NCBI GenBank assembly: GCA_963847625.1
Contig: CAWKAR010000019.1
Coordinates: 96,001 to 160,000, forward strand
DNA: 64,000 nt
Reading direction: 5' to 3'
DNA from: a candidate division FCPU426 bacterium
GTDB taxonomy: Bacteria; Oederibacteriota; Muellerivitia; Muellerivitales; Muellerivitaceae
Shown: positions 10,115 to 18,709 of the stretch, in pieces
Numbering within the stretch: position 1 is the first letter of the stretch
Layout: each line of letters starts with the position of its first letter
Translations under genes and position numbers: made by a program
The notes under the pieces: generated by a model
Databases searched by the model: none
Told to the model about the DNA's origin: nothing
What the model saw: only the letters and a program-made list of their open reading frames with translations

Positions 10115-12076
10115 TTACGGACTGGCCGGAAGCATTTGGAGCATCTTTTTCGCCGATTCGTTTCCGCGGTCATTTTCCAAAACCTTTTGAATGCAAAGGC
10201 GCGCCTCCCCGGAACGGCCGGTAAAGTAATACAAAACCCCCAGGTTGTTGTACAACTCGTTATAAAGGCCCTCGGAACGGCGGATAGCCTCCAGGAAAAA
10301 CACTTCCGCCGCCTGGGGGCGCTTTTCAAGCAGGAAGAAAGTCCCCATCCGGTAAAGGCCGGGGGAATAATTGACATTTTTGTAAAACCCCTCCCAAAAG
10401 GCGTCCCAGGCCGTGTGGCGGGGCAGGCGCATAAGGGCGGGGGCCTGGGCCAAGATCCCTTCGGGGATTCCGTACTCAACCATGAGCCGATTTTCATCCA
10501 GGGCCGGTACCTGGGGCGCGTAGCCTTTCCTCAAATAAATGACGGTGAATCCGTCCAGGTAAACCGGCCGCCAATCCTCGGTCTTTCGAAGGTCGGATAC
10601 CCACTGCCGGGAAACCTCGGGACTGAAGAAAAGGATGTCGGCCCCGTATTTTTCGGCCATTGAAAGCGCGCCCCCGGGGGCTTGTGAATGAATGTACTCA
10701 CTGAAAAAATCCTCGCCCATCACTTCCAGGCGGCCGTCCATGAAGACTTTTTGGGGGCCCTGCCATTCCAGCCACCCGCCGGAATTCAACGAGTTCAAGA
10801 TCCTTCCATCCAAATGGTTTTTGACCAGGAAATCCACGGCACCCAGCGGTTGGTTTTCCCCGTTCACCCCCAGCCCGAAAGTTTCCTGCCTCGCGCCATC
10901 CGTGTAGTAGGCGTTGGTGACGATCCTGAGGCACAAGCCCAGGAGCAGGGCCGCAGCCAACCAGGCCGGCAGGGGCTTGGAAAAGAGGTTATCCATGATT
11001 CCCTTCAACCTGGCCCAGCCCAAGTCCGTCCAGCAGGAAGCCGCCAAGGGCAGGCAGGCGAGCAGGAAGATCGGAACGTTGCGCGCGGCTGCCGACGAAA
11101 ACCAGAAGAAAGCCGCGGCCATGAGAAGTTCATGGGCTTTCCTGCGCCGAAGGGTTGCCAGCACTAGGATGAGCAGGAACAGACTGAAGAGTTTGTAAGC
11201 CAGGGTCGGCCCATCCGGCATGGGCTGGATCGCGGAATTTCCCCAGGGGGACATAAGCTCGACTATGTTTTTGGAAAAAGCCTCCGAGCGCATCGTATTC
11301 CAGTTCGTAAAGGGGTACGCCATTCCCCGGAAAAAATTGGGGTTCAAAAGGCTCGCCGCGAAAGACAAGCCGCTGTAAACCATTAATTTCTTGTCTAATT
11401 TGCGGCGATGGATCAATCCGGAAACGAGGAATATGACCATAACAGCCCAACCCAGGACAAAAAGCCCCTCGACGTTGGCCCACAGAACCTGGATGAGTGG
11501 GAGAAGAAAAAGCAGGCCCTTCTTCCCTTTCTCATTGCGTTCCAAAACGTACAGCATTCCCCCCAGGAAGACCCAGCTGAGGATTTCGGGCCTGACTTGG
11601 AACCGATGTTCACAGATATAAACCGCCAAAGCCAGCAAGGGAACTGTGATATAAGCGGGAGCGCCAGAGGAACGCGTTCGGATGAAGGTTATGACGAAAA
11701 CCGTGACGATCAGGGTGATGTTAAAAACCGATAGGAGGGTATAACCGCCTGCCAAATACAGAAGATAAAGCAGGACCTGGTAAAGCCAGTGGATGTCCAG
11801 GTAATCCCGGCCGGTAACGGTGTAGGTATAGGTATCCTGCGAAGGGACACAATGGTTTTGGATAATCCACTGTCCCCCTTTCAAATGGAAACCCAGATCC
11901 AGGTCCAGGATGTAGCGGGCACCCAGGAGAATGATAAAGAGGAAACAGGATAGGAGCGCCCAAAACCAGGGCTGGCGGAAAAAAGATTCTTGCTTTGAAA
12001 CTTTTAATGGATTTGAAGGAGGGCTTGGTATCACGCAAGAATTATAGCAAAAGGAACAACCGCCGAATTTCCCCAT
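10115..12076 (-). CDS. Polytopic membrane protein (GT-C-like) with C-terminal TPR; start probably near 12034
   Basis: DLGFHLKGGQWI, many TM helices, VFMDGR, TPR motif LYNNLGVLY. Confidence 0.75.
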   Translation of the reverse strand: MGKFGGCSFCYNSCVIPSPPSNPLKVSKQESFFRQPWFWALLSCFLFIILLGARYILDLDLGFHLKGGQWIIQNHCVPSQDTYTYTVTGRDYLDIHWLYQVLLYLLYLAGGYTLLSVFNITLIVTVFVITFIRTRSSGAPAYITVPLLALAVYICEHRFQVRPEILSWVFLGGMLYVLERNEKGKKGLLFLLPLIQVLWANVEGLFVLGWAVMVIFLVSGLIHRRKLDKKLMVYSGLSFAASLLNPNFFRGMAYPFTNWNTMRSEAFSKNIVELMSPWGNSAIQPMPDGPTLAYKLFSLFLLILVLATLRRRKAHELLMAAAFFWFSSAAARNVPIFLLACLPLAASCWTDLGWARLKGIMDNLFSKPLPAWLAAALLLGLCLRIVTNAYYTDGARQETFGLGVNGENQPLGAVDFLVKNHLDGRILNSLNSGGWLEWQGPQKVFMDGRLEVMGEDFFSEYIHSQAPGGALSMAEKYGADILFFSPEVSRQWVSDLRKTEDWRPVYLDGFTVIYLRKGYAPQVPALDENRLMVEYGIPEGILAQAPALMRLPRHTAWDAFWEGFYKNVNYSPGLYRMGTFFLLEKRPQAAEVFFLEAIRRSEGLYNELYNNLGVLYYFTGRSGEARLCIQKVLENDRGNESAKKMLQMLPASP

Positions 12077-12094
12077 TGGACGAAGAATAAGAAA

Positions 12095-12382
12095 TCAGGT
12101 CTTTTCCACCTCGGCCATGAGTTGGATTTGCTTAAGGACACCTGCGACTTTAACGCAATCATCCTTTGAGCCGATATAAGCCACGGATTTTCCGTTCTTG
12201 TGGGCGCTCAGGGTGATCTGGGTGGCCCTTTCCAGGGAATAGCCCGTGGCCTTTTGCACCTGGAGGATGACCTCGTCGAAGGTATGGACCGAGTCGTTGA
12301 AAAGGACCACCTGCCAGGGATTGTCCAGTTCCACCTGGGTCCCGTTCTCCTTCTCAGTTAAGGTGACATGGCCTTTTTTCAT
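12095..12382 (-). CDS. clpS: ATP-dependent Clp protease adaptor ClpS family
   Basis: WQVVLFNDSVHTFDEVI, ATQITLSAHKNGKSV. Confidence 0.85.
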   Translation of the reverse strand: MKKGHVTLTEKENGTQVELDNPWQVVLFNDSVHTFDEVILQVQKATGYSLERATQITLSAHKNGKSVAYIGSKDDCVKVAGVLKQIQLMAEVEKT

Positions 12383-12486
12383 TTGTCTAAACCCCAAAGC
12401 GTTTCTCCCTGTGGAGCCGCAATTATTTCAGGCTCCCCAAAAAAATATATCTTATAAGGGAATTCACACCTGTCCAAAACTATACC

Positions 12487-12585
12487 TAGCCACGGATATA
12501 TGGGATTCCTGGGATTTAATAAACATAAATATTTAAAGTCTTTTGACTTTGGCCATCTGAATGCATCCCCTGAATCTGTGGCTAA
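12487..12585. repeat. Palindromic GCCACGGAT..ATCTGTGGC element
   Basis: Same family as 9728-10000; flank similarity extends over 12464-12640 vs 9706-10055. Confidence 0.8.
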
Positions 12586-12686
12586 GAACTTGGTTTTTAC
12601 TTAACGCCTTTTACAAAAAAAATTCCTGATTTTATTTATCTTTGTTTCAGGGAGTTAAGTAAGTAAATCTCTTTTATAATATTCCC

Positions 12687-13508
12687 ATGCAATGTCCTAA
12701 TTGCCATTTGGAACAGCCGGAGGGGGCCGAAACCTGCGGGGGTTGCGGTTTGATATTCGCCAAATGGAAGGAACGCCACACTCCCCAGGAGCCCGCGGCT
12801 CCCCCGGAGAGCGTGTCCTCCGAGGCCGCCGCCCCCGAACAAGCCCCCAAACCCGCGCCGGCCCCTTGGCCGCCGCCCTCGGCCGAACCGAAATATTTCG
12901 AGTTCCCTCTCAAGAAACTCGTTTTAATATTTGGGCCCTTGCTTCTGGGTTTGGCTGTCCTCATTTTCTGGCCCTCGAAGGAGGAAAAACATATCCCCGC
13001 TGCCCTTCCCCGCCCAATTATGTTATACGGAAGCGCCACGGTCTATCCGACGGACACCCCCGAACCCAACACGCCCACTCCTATTTACACCCCCATGACC
13101 ATCACAGGCCCGTCCTGGGTGTTCCACGGGAAGATCCTGGATGGCCTCCGCCTCATGCCCCTCGGTGGTGTCATAATCGTCTTTTCGAATAACGGGGTCG
13201 CGGTGACCGCCACCACCACCGCCAATGGTCTCTATCAAATATCCGTCCCCCCGCTATCCGGCATTGAGGCCTATGAGGTCCAGCTCAGCCATCCTTCTTG
13301 TAGGGAAAGCTATTGGGAAGGCGACCCATCGAACTTGTCGCAGGAAGCGCGCCTGGCCCGCGCCTACGAATACCCGGAGAACGACCATTTGCGTGGAATG
13401 GTTGGAGGCGGCGGGGACAAGGAAGTGAATTTCGCCATGTTTCCAGCGCAATTGACCGAGCAGGAAGTAATGTGGCTGCGAAACGCCCGTCCCCGCGACC
13501 AGCAATAG
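12687..13508 (+). CDS. Zinc-ribbon membrane-anchored protein
   Basis: CPNC..CGGCG, Pro-rich linker, one TM, PT-rich linker, beta-sandwich-like C-terminus. Confidence 0.75.
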   Translation: MQCPNCHLEQPEGAETCGGCGLIFAKWKERHTPQEPAAPPESVSSEAAAPEQAPKPAPAPWPPPSAEPKYFEFPLKKLVLIFGPLLLGLAVLIFWPSKEEKHIPAALPRPIMLYGSATVYPTDTPEPNTPTPIYTPMTITGPSWVFHGKILDGLRLMPLGGVIIVFSNNGVAVTATTTANGLYQISVPPLSGIEAYEVQLSHPSCRESYWEGDPSNLSQEARLARAYEYPENDHLRGMVGGGGDKEVNFAMFPAQLTEQEVMWLRNARPRDQQ

Positions 13509-13612
13509 GTCAATGGAATAGGAATGAAGAACAAAGGGGTCCCCGGATTCAACGATTTGCGAATCGATATGAATGGCTCCCTGCCGTTTGGACGAAATAG
13601 TCCATCCTCGCT

Positions 13613-14170
13613 TTATCTTCGCCCGGAGTCATCCTTTGATTTGGATACCCTGAATTTATAAGGCCCGATGATTTCTTGAAGCATTTCCAATTTGGGTCCT
13701 TCCATCCAGATACCACCGCACTTCTCACATTGATCCAATTCCGTCTTCCCCAACTTCACGGTTTCCATCCGCTTGCCGCAAAAGGGGCAAATGAGAAATG
13801 GCGGCTTTTTGCGGGGCTCAAAAAACGGAGGCGTTTTGTGGTTACGCTCTTCCGTCCCGGTCTGTAATTCCTTCTTCCCCTGTGGCTGTAGCTTCATCAT
13901 CACTTCACGGCGGATGCCCAATCCCTCGCACTCGGCGCAATGAAGCACCTCCTGTGTGTCCAGGGCGGCGGTATAAACCGAGATTTTGCAAATGGGACAG
14001 GAAACCGTCTTCGCCGAAACACTGGCCAATCCCCCGGTTTTAGCCAATGGCAGCCTGCAAGCGGGGCAGACACGTTCCGTACCGTTCAGGGGTTGGTCGC
14101 AGCGGGGGCATTTGGCTGAAGTGGGTTCAGGCATGGAAGTAGGTTCCCCCTTGTGATTGTTCCATTTCAC
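13613..14170 (-). CDS. Multi zinc-ribbon (zf-TFIIB-like) protein; start may be ATG 14134
   Basis: Six CxxC pairs, LDQCEKCGGIW. Confidence 0.8.
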   Translation of the reverse strand: MKWNNHKGEPTSMPEPTSAKCPRCDQPLNGTERVCPACRLPLAKTGGLASVSAKTVSCPICKISVYTAALDTQEVLHCAECEGLGIRREVMMKLQPQGKKELQTGTEERNHKTPPFFEPRKKPPFLICPFCGKRMETVKLGKTELDQCEKCGGIWMEGPKLEMLQEIIGPYKFRVSKSKDDSGRR

Positions 14171-14283
14171 TCATGGCGTTCCAGGTGACGGTGGTCGCTG
14201 GCTTTTTCCTTGCCTGCCATCATTCGGACCCCGCCACAACGGTGGCACACGAACTTCCGTTTTTTATGGGCCGAATGGGGCAT
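14167..14283 (-). CDS. Small CxxC protein, 38 aa, copy 1 (not in the ORF track)
   Basis: MPHSAHKKRKFVCHRCGGVRMMAGKEKASDHRHLERHE; GAGGGAG RBS; paralog at 23336..23449. Confidence 0.65.
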   Translation of the reverse strand: MPHSAHKKRKFVCHRCGGVRMMAGKEKASDHRHLERHE

Positions 14284-14311
14284 CTCCCTCATCTTGACCT
14301 TGTATTGCCTG

Positions 14312-14341
14312 CAGAACACGCGGCCTCCCCGCATTGGACGA
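14312..14341. repeat. 30-bp cassette-boundary site Z (variant)
   Basis: CAGAACACGCG-GCCTCCCC-GCATTGGACGA. Confidence 0.55.
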
Positions 14342-14359
14342 GTTTAGAGCTTGTCTCCC

Positions 14360-14409
14360 CAAGTGGGAATTTCTAGATTCCCACTAAGTTCCCACTTTTT
14401 CCCACTTTT
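14360..14409. repeat. Cluster of TTCCCACT repeats (3 direct, 1 inverted)
   Basis: AAGTGGGAATTTCTAGATTCCCACTAAGTTCCCACTTTTTCCCACTTTT. Confidence 0.7.
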
Positions 14410-14429
14410 GAAACCCTCTGATCCTCGTT

Positions 14430-14459
14430 ACGGTACGAGGATCTCCCCTCCGTGGACGG
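14430..14459. repeat. Partial cassette-boundary site Y (core plus right arm)
   Basis: ATCTCCCC-TCCGTGGACGG; left arm replaced by hairpin GATCCTCGT..ACGAGGATC. Confidence 0.45.
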
Positions 14460-14544
14460 CCTTTCAATGAAGAAATTATGAGAACCCGGCTCATTGACTA
14501 TCGGACGCACACGGAATAATATCCCTCAAACAAGGAGGACCCAT

Positions 14545-14865
14545 ATGCGTTGGTATCACTACGTTTCTTACTTTTTTGGCGGCGCTTTCCTCGCCAATGC
14601 GGTACCCCACTTCGTCAGCGGTATCACCGGCCACCCCTTCCAAAGCCCTTTCGCCTCCCCGCCTGGGGTGGGATTGTCCTCCTCCACCGTAAACGTGCTG
14701 TGGGGCTCCTTCAACCTCGCCGTGGCCTATTGGTTCTTGTGCCGAGTCGGGACGTTCGACCTGCGCCGGACGGTGCCTGTCCTGGTGGCGGGGCTGGGGG
14801 CGTTACTAATGGCCGTGATGCTGGCCCATGCGTTTGGCCGTTTCTACGGAGGGCTTCTCCCTTAA
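14545..14865 (+). CDS. Small membrane protein
   Basis: AAGGAGG RBS; FFGGAFLANAVPHFVSG..PFQSPFA; three hydrophobic segments. Confidence 0.8.
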   Translation: MRWYHYVSYFFGGAFLANAVPHFVSGITGHPFQSPFASPPGVGLSSSTVNVLWGSFNLAVAYWFLCRVGTFDLRRTVPVLVAGLGALLMAVMLAHAFGRFYGGLLP

Positions 14866-14968
14866 TTCGTTAAAAGTTCCCCCTTCCCACTTCTCAAGTT
14901 CCTTTTTTCCAATCCCCCTGTCACTTGCTTAAAAAATAAGGAATCAGGCACCAATATCCATTATTCCT

Positions 14969-14998
14969 TTGTCCACCTTGGGTCCCCATCGTGGACAA
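14969..14998. repeat. 30-bp cassette-boundary site A
   Basis: TTGTCCACCTT-GGGTCCCC-ATCGTGGACAA, 9 bp from the stop at 15008. Confidence 0.85.
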
Positions 14999-15007
14999 CT
15001 AAAATCT

Positions 15008-15784
15008 TTATTCTTTTGAACGCCATATACGTGCTATCAGCAATTCCATTCCCCTGATTAGCCAAAATACACAAAAAATAATTAATAAATAAACGAGAAA
15101 GATATTTGCTGAAAGAAACGGCAATCCAAGAAAACTTCCATACGCCTCAACAATATTATCGAAAGGTTTAAATTTCGGAGATTCATAAGAAGTTGCATCT
15201 TTTAATGTTTCATATTTTTCAGAACTAAAATCCTTTTTCTCACTGGCTCGAATTTCTAAATCAAGATCCTTATAAAGCCATTCACCTTTAAACCCTTTAT
15301 CTTTTCTCCAACTCCATCTGGTCCTTGATATATCGAGATAAACACCATTTTTTTCTAGTCTAAACGGACCCTTGGAATTGGGATAATGTTTGCTAAATTC
15401 TTCTTCCGTGTTATTGCTGTAATATCCCAAAGGCCCATAAAAGTATCTGGTAAAAACTTTAGGATACTTCTTTGCGCGTTCATCCGAATAATTGAGAAGA
15501 TCAAAACCTACACTTGTTTCCCCACCCTCAATACGGAAAATTAAAATCTCTTTTGATTTTTTCTTTAAGAAAACTGTTTGTATCCAATCACGTAATAAAT
15601 TATTACCATTTTTTTCAACAAGAAACGTACATGGTAGGTCGTATGACCGGCTGGGAACGGTAGCTTTTTCCAATTCACTGCGTTTATCAAAATAGTTAGT
15701 GGTATTTGTCGCAATCCATAAAACCACAAATAGAAAACTTATTAAAACAAAAGCCCTCATTGCCGTTCTGAGAAATTTCTTCAC
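15008..15784 (-). CDS. Hypothetical membrane protein (AT-rich cassette)
   Basis: 258-aa ORF with N- and C-terminal TM helices. Confidence 0.7.
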   Translation of the reverse strand: MKKFLRTAMRAFVLISFLFVVLWIATNTTNYFDKRSELEKATVPSRSYDLPCTFLVEKNGNNLLRDWIQTVFLKKKSKEILIFRIEGGETSVGFDLLNYSDERAKKYPKVFTRYFYGPLGYYSNNTEEEFSKHYPNSKGPFRLEKNGVYLDISRTRWSWRKDKGFKGEWLYKDLDLEIRASEKKDFSSEKYETLKDATSYESPKFKPFDNIVEAYGSFLGLPFLSANIFLVYLLIIFCVFWLIRGMELLIARIWRSKE

Positions 15785-15887
15785 AATTACATCTCCAATT
15801 CAATAAAGCCGGTTTAAACATAAATAATTATGAATACAAAAAAATGCCTTGCGGGTTTAACTCAAAATTTCGATACACAACCAACTA

Positions 15888-15917
15888 TCGTCCAATCAGG
15901 GTCCCCGTCGTGGACAA
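15888..15917. repeat. 30-bp cassette-boundary site B
   Basis: TCGTCCAATCA-GGGTCCCC-GTCGTGGACAA. Confidence 0.85.
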
Positions 15918-16007
15918 AGGAATAATGGTTAATGGTCTCTGCTCCACGGTGCGGAGAGTGGATCCTGACCCTGTATTTTCCGCATAGGGGCCTGCGGAAC
16001 CTAGGGG

Positions 16008-16427
16008 CTAGGTTTTCCAGGGATTGATCAGGTGGATCCCAAGCCCTTGAAAATGCCGGGTATTGCGTGTGGCTAATGTAGCTTTGCAGGCTAAAGCGAT
16101 CCCGGCGATCTGGAGATCTCGAATCTCAACCGGACGCCCTATTTTTCTTTGTTGGGCCGCGATCGAGGCGGACGCCCGGGCCGCGGCAAGGTCAAATGGA
16201 AGGACCCGGCCTTCCAAATCCTCCTCCAAAGCTTGGTTAAAAAACTCCTCCAGCTGATGCCGCCTACGCCCCCCCGCCAGGTTCTCGATGCCAAACCGTA
16301 TTTCAAATACCGTGATGGTCGTAGTCCAAACCGATTCAACGGACTGGCGATCCAACCATGAAACGATCGCAGGAACCGGTTCCCGAAGCATCAATGTGGA
16401 AAGGATATTCGTATCGAGCAGGATCAT
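16008..16427 (-). CDS. vapC: PIN-domain toxin (VapC/FitB family)
   Basis: MILLDTNILS, FEIRFG, DLQIAGIA, LATRNTRHF. Confidence 0.93.
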   Translation of the reverse strand: MILLDTNILSTLMLREPVPAIVSWLDRQSVESVWTTTITVFEIRFGIENLAGGRRRHQLEEFFNQALEEDLEGRVLPFDLAAARASASIAAQQRKIGRPVEIRDLQIAGIALACKATLATRNTRHFQGLGIHLINPWKT

Positions 16428-16675
16428 GGGACCAGATCGGCGGGCTGGGCTTGTTGGCCCCCCAATTCGGGGATTTCCTGGGTCAGCCCTATCTTGGCAA
16501 ACCGCGCCTTAAACCTGGCGCCCAATGGTGTGGGGACGCGGCCCCCATCCTTCCCTACCGCGTTTCTCAAGATATCCCGCACTTCTTCCTCCGTGCTGTG
16601 CCCATTCTTCCGGGCCCTTTGGCTCAGTTTCATCTTCACGCCGTCATCTAGATTCCGAACGATAATTTGGGCCAT
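16424..16675 (-). CDS. FitA-like ribbon-helix-helix antitoxin
   Basis: MAQIIVRNLDD..RARKNGHSTEEEVRDIL; ATGA overlap with the toxin. Confidence 0.9.
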   Translation of the reverse strand: MAQIIVRNLDDGVKMKLSQRARKNGHSTEEEVRDILRNAVGKDGGRVPTPLGARFKARFAKIGLTQEIPELGGQQAQPADLVP

Positions 16676-16702
16676 GGGTTCCCTCTGCGAAGTAGGGTTA
16701 AG

Positions 16703-16735
16703 TGATATGACGATATCATGATATCATGATATCAA
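16703..16735. promoter_or_regulatory. Probable TA autoregulatory operator
   Basis: Tandem palindromes GATATCA-TGATATCA-TGATATCA upstream of the antitoxin; similar to the TGCTATCA half-site bound by FitA. Confidence 0.6.
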
Positions 16736-16815
16736 TTATTTGTTATTCCCGCAAGGGGTCCAAAAACCCCTTCATTCTATGCCCCGAAAAGGGGCTGCCC
16801 CCTTTCCGTTTTTAC

Positions 16816-16845
16816 CTGTCCACGATGGGTCCCCGCAGTGAACAA
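16816..16845. repeat. 30-bp cassette-boundary site C
   Basis: CTGTCCACGAT-GGGTCCCC-GCAGTGAACAA, 10 bp from the stop at 16856. Confidence 0.85.
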
Positions 16846-16855
16846 CTTTCATATT

Positions 16856-18625
16856 CTACTTCGTGTGTTTTTCAATCCAATCGGTTGTATTTTCCAGCAC
16901 TTCCGGCGCAAATGTTCCAGGGTCATCAATCCATTCCTCTGGATCGCCTGTAATGGTGTTTTGGAGAACGTGACTCAACCCCGGGAAGACTTTGGAAGTA
17001 AATTCGGGATTCTTCCCTTCCTTTAAAGCTTTTTCGATGGCTGGAAAATTAACGTCGGGGGGAACCATTAAATCTTTCTCACCGCTTAAAGCTAAAACAG
17101 GACAAATAACCTGTTCCAAGGCAGGCCTTGGATCGTATTTCTCCCAATGTTTGTAATAAGAAAATGGATAAGGATATTCAGCCCATTTCGGCAGTGTGGC
17201 TTGAAGTTTTATTAATTCTTTAGATTTGTATTTCTTCGCCATTTCTTCCTGGATGAACTTTCTTATTTTGGATTTGGCTTCATCTTCGTTCTTGGAGCTG
17301 ACAACTTCATCCATAATTCGTTTATATATCCTTGTATTAAAAGCAATGAATTCGTCGCTACGCCTCTCCGTGTTCCAAAACCTTAGCCACTGAATAAGGT
17401 CTTGGCTTTTGCCATCCACACCGATTCCTCCCATCAAGACGATAAAGGCAACATCCTTTGATCGCGACGCTACCAGGGGCGCACTATAACTCCCTTCGCT
17501 TTGGCCGATCACACCGGCTTTAAGGGGATTCACTTCTTTTCGATTCTTCAAATATTCAAAACCGGCAAGGGCGTCGTCGGCAAAATCCCCAACTGTGGCC
17601 TTATCGAAATCTCCCGAGGAGCTTCCCACCCCGCGTTTGTCGTAACGCAATACCGCGATGCCATGCCGTGTCAGGTAGTCCGAAAGAACAAGGTGGCTAT
17701 GTGGCCAAATATAACCATCCCGGTTAGGTCTACCCGAACCAGTGATAAGTAATACCGCCGGGAAGGGTTCGCCATGCTTGGGAAGGGTCAGGGTTCCGGC
17801 CAAGGTGACACCGGCCTTTTCATTGGTAAAAGTAACCTCTTCTTCCCGGTAAGGGAAAGGCCTTTTGGGCTCATAATTCGCCGGCTGTTGGACCACCTTC
17901 CGGTTAAACTCCACAGTGAAATCAAAAACCTTCTTTTCCCCGGCCTTCCATTCCCAGGTTTTATCGGTCGTTTCCTTGTGGGAGAGGGTGACATAGAATC
18001 GCTCTTTCCATTTCGAACTATAAACCGTCGCGTGAAGCCCTTGGGTCTTGAGCTGTACGGTTAAGTTCCCAAACGCGCGCGAAGGCCCCAGCCATAAAGG
18101 CCCGTCGGAATGCGCCAAATCAATTTCCTCGTCCAGGGGCTGAATCTCAGGCAGGGTCCCCGGGGTTGAGTCCAACTGGTATTTACTCCCCGCCCAGTCG
18201 TCGTATAAAAAATCTAATTGCGCCGCGACACGGAGGATTTCGACCGGCCCAGTGGGGATGAGTGTGTACCGGATATGAATTCCGGATTTCAGGACCTTAA
18301 TCGAAGTTTTTAAGTTTGCCGATACATTATTCGGCAGGCTGGCCTTCACTTGGATATCGGGAGCTTTGCCGGTGATATCGAATGCTTGCCGGCCATTGAA
18401 GCACTGCCAGTCTTGAGATAAGTAAATCAATGGTTTTATATACATGACTTGCTTCATGTTTTCCAAAATGTTGATCGAGCCGTTGTCCAAAATTTGAACA
18501 TGAAGGGGCTTATCATCAACGGTCATGGCGCTGTTGACGGAATCCGCCCACATAAGGCTGGGGAAAAATAGGATTGTCCCGAAAAACAATATTAAAACGT
18601 ATGTGAATTTTTTATAACTTTTCAT
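16856..18625 (-). CDS. Secreted alpha/beta hydrolase with extra N-terminal domain
   Basis: Signal peptide; LAGTLTLP, ITGSG, RYDKRGVG, GQSEG nucleophile, GEKD, GLSH. Confidence 0.88.
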   Translation of the reverse strand: MKSYKKFTYVLILFFGTILFFPSLMWADSVNSAMTVDDKPLHVQILDNGSINILENMKQVMYIKPLIYLSQDWQCFNGRQAFDITGKAPDIQVKASLPNNVSANLKTSIKVLKSGIHIRYTLIPTGPVEILRVAAQLDFLYDDWAGSKYQLDSTPGTLPEIQPLDEEIDLAHSDGPLWLGPSRAFGNLTVQLKTQGLHATVYSSKWKERFYVTLSHKETTDKTWEWKAGEKKVFDFTVEFNRKVVQQPANYEPKRPFPYREEEVTFTNEKAGVTLAGTLTLPKHGEPFPAVLLITGSGRPNRDGYIWPHSHLVLSDYLTRHGIAVLRYDKRGVGSSSGDFDKATVGDFADDALAGFEYLKNRKEVNPLKAGVIGQSEGSYSAPLVASRSKDVAFIVLMGGIGVDGKSQDLIQWLRFWNTERRSDEFIAFNTRIYKRIMDEVVSSKNEDEAKSKIRKFIQEEMAKKYKSKELIKLQATLPKWAEYPYPFSYYKHWEKYDPRPALEQVICPVLALSGEKDLMVPPDVNFPAIEKALKEGKNPEFTSKVFPGLSHVLQNTITGDPEEWIDDPGTFAPEVLENTTDWIEKHTK

Positions 18626-18660
18626 AAAGCCACCCCTTTACTGTCAGAAATTGATTGCTT

Positions 18661-18690
18661 TTGTCCACTCCGGCTCCCCGCCGTGGACAA
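18661..18690. repeat. 30-bp cassette-boundary site D
   Basis: TTGTCCACTCC-GGCTCCCC-GCCGTGGACAA. Confidence 0.88.
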
Positions 18691-18709
18691 ATATTAGTAC
18701 CGGCCATTT

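Noticed and set aside
12054..13594. Further degenerate cassette sites near 12054-12083, 13526-13555 and 13575-13594 (also half-sites at 920-930 and 37252-37262)
   Set aside because: Only one arm or the core matches, or the spacing is off by 1-2 bp. They were not counted, although a PWM scan could rescue some.
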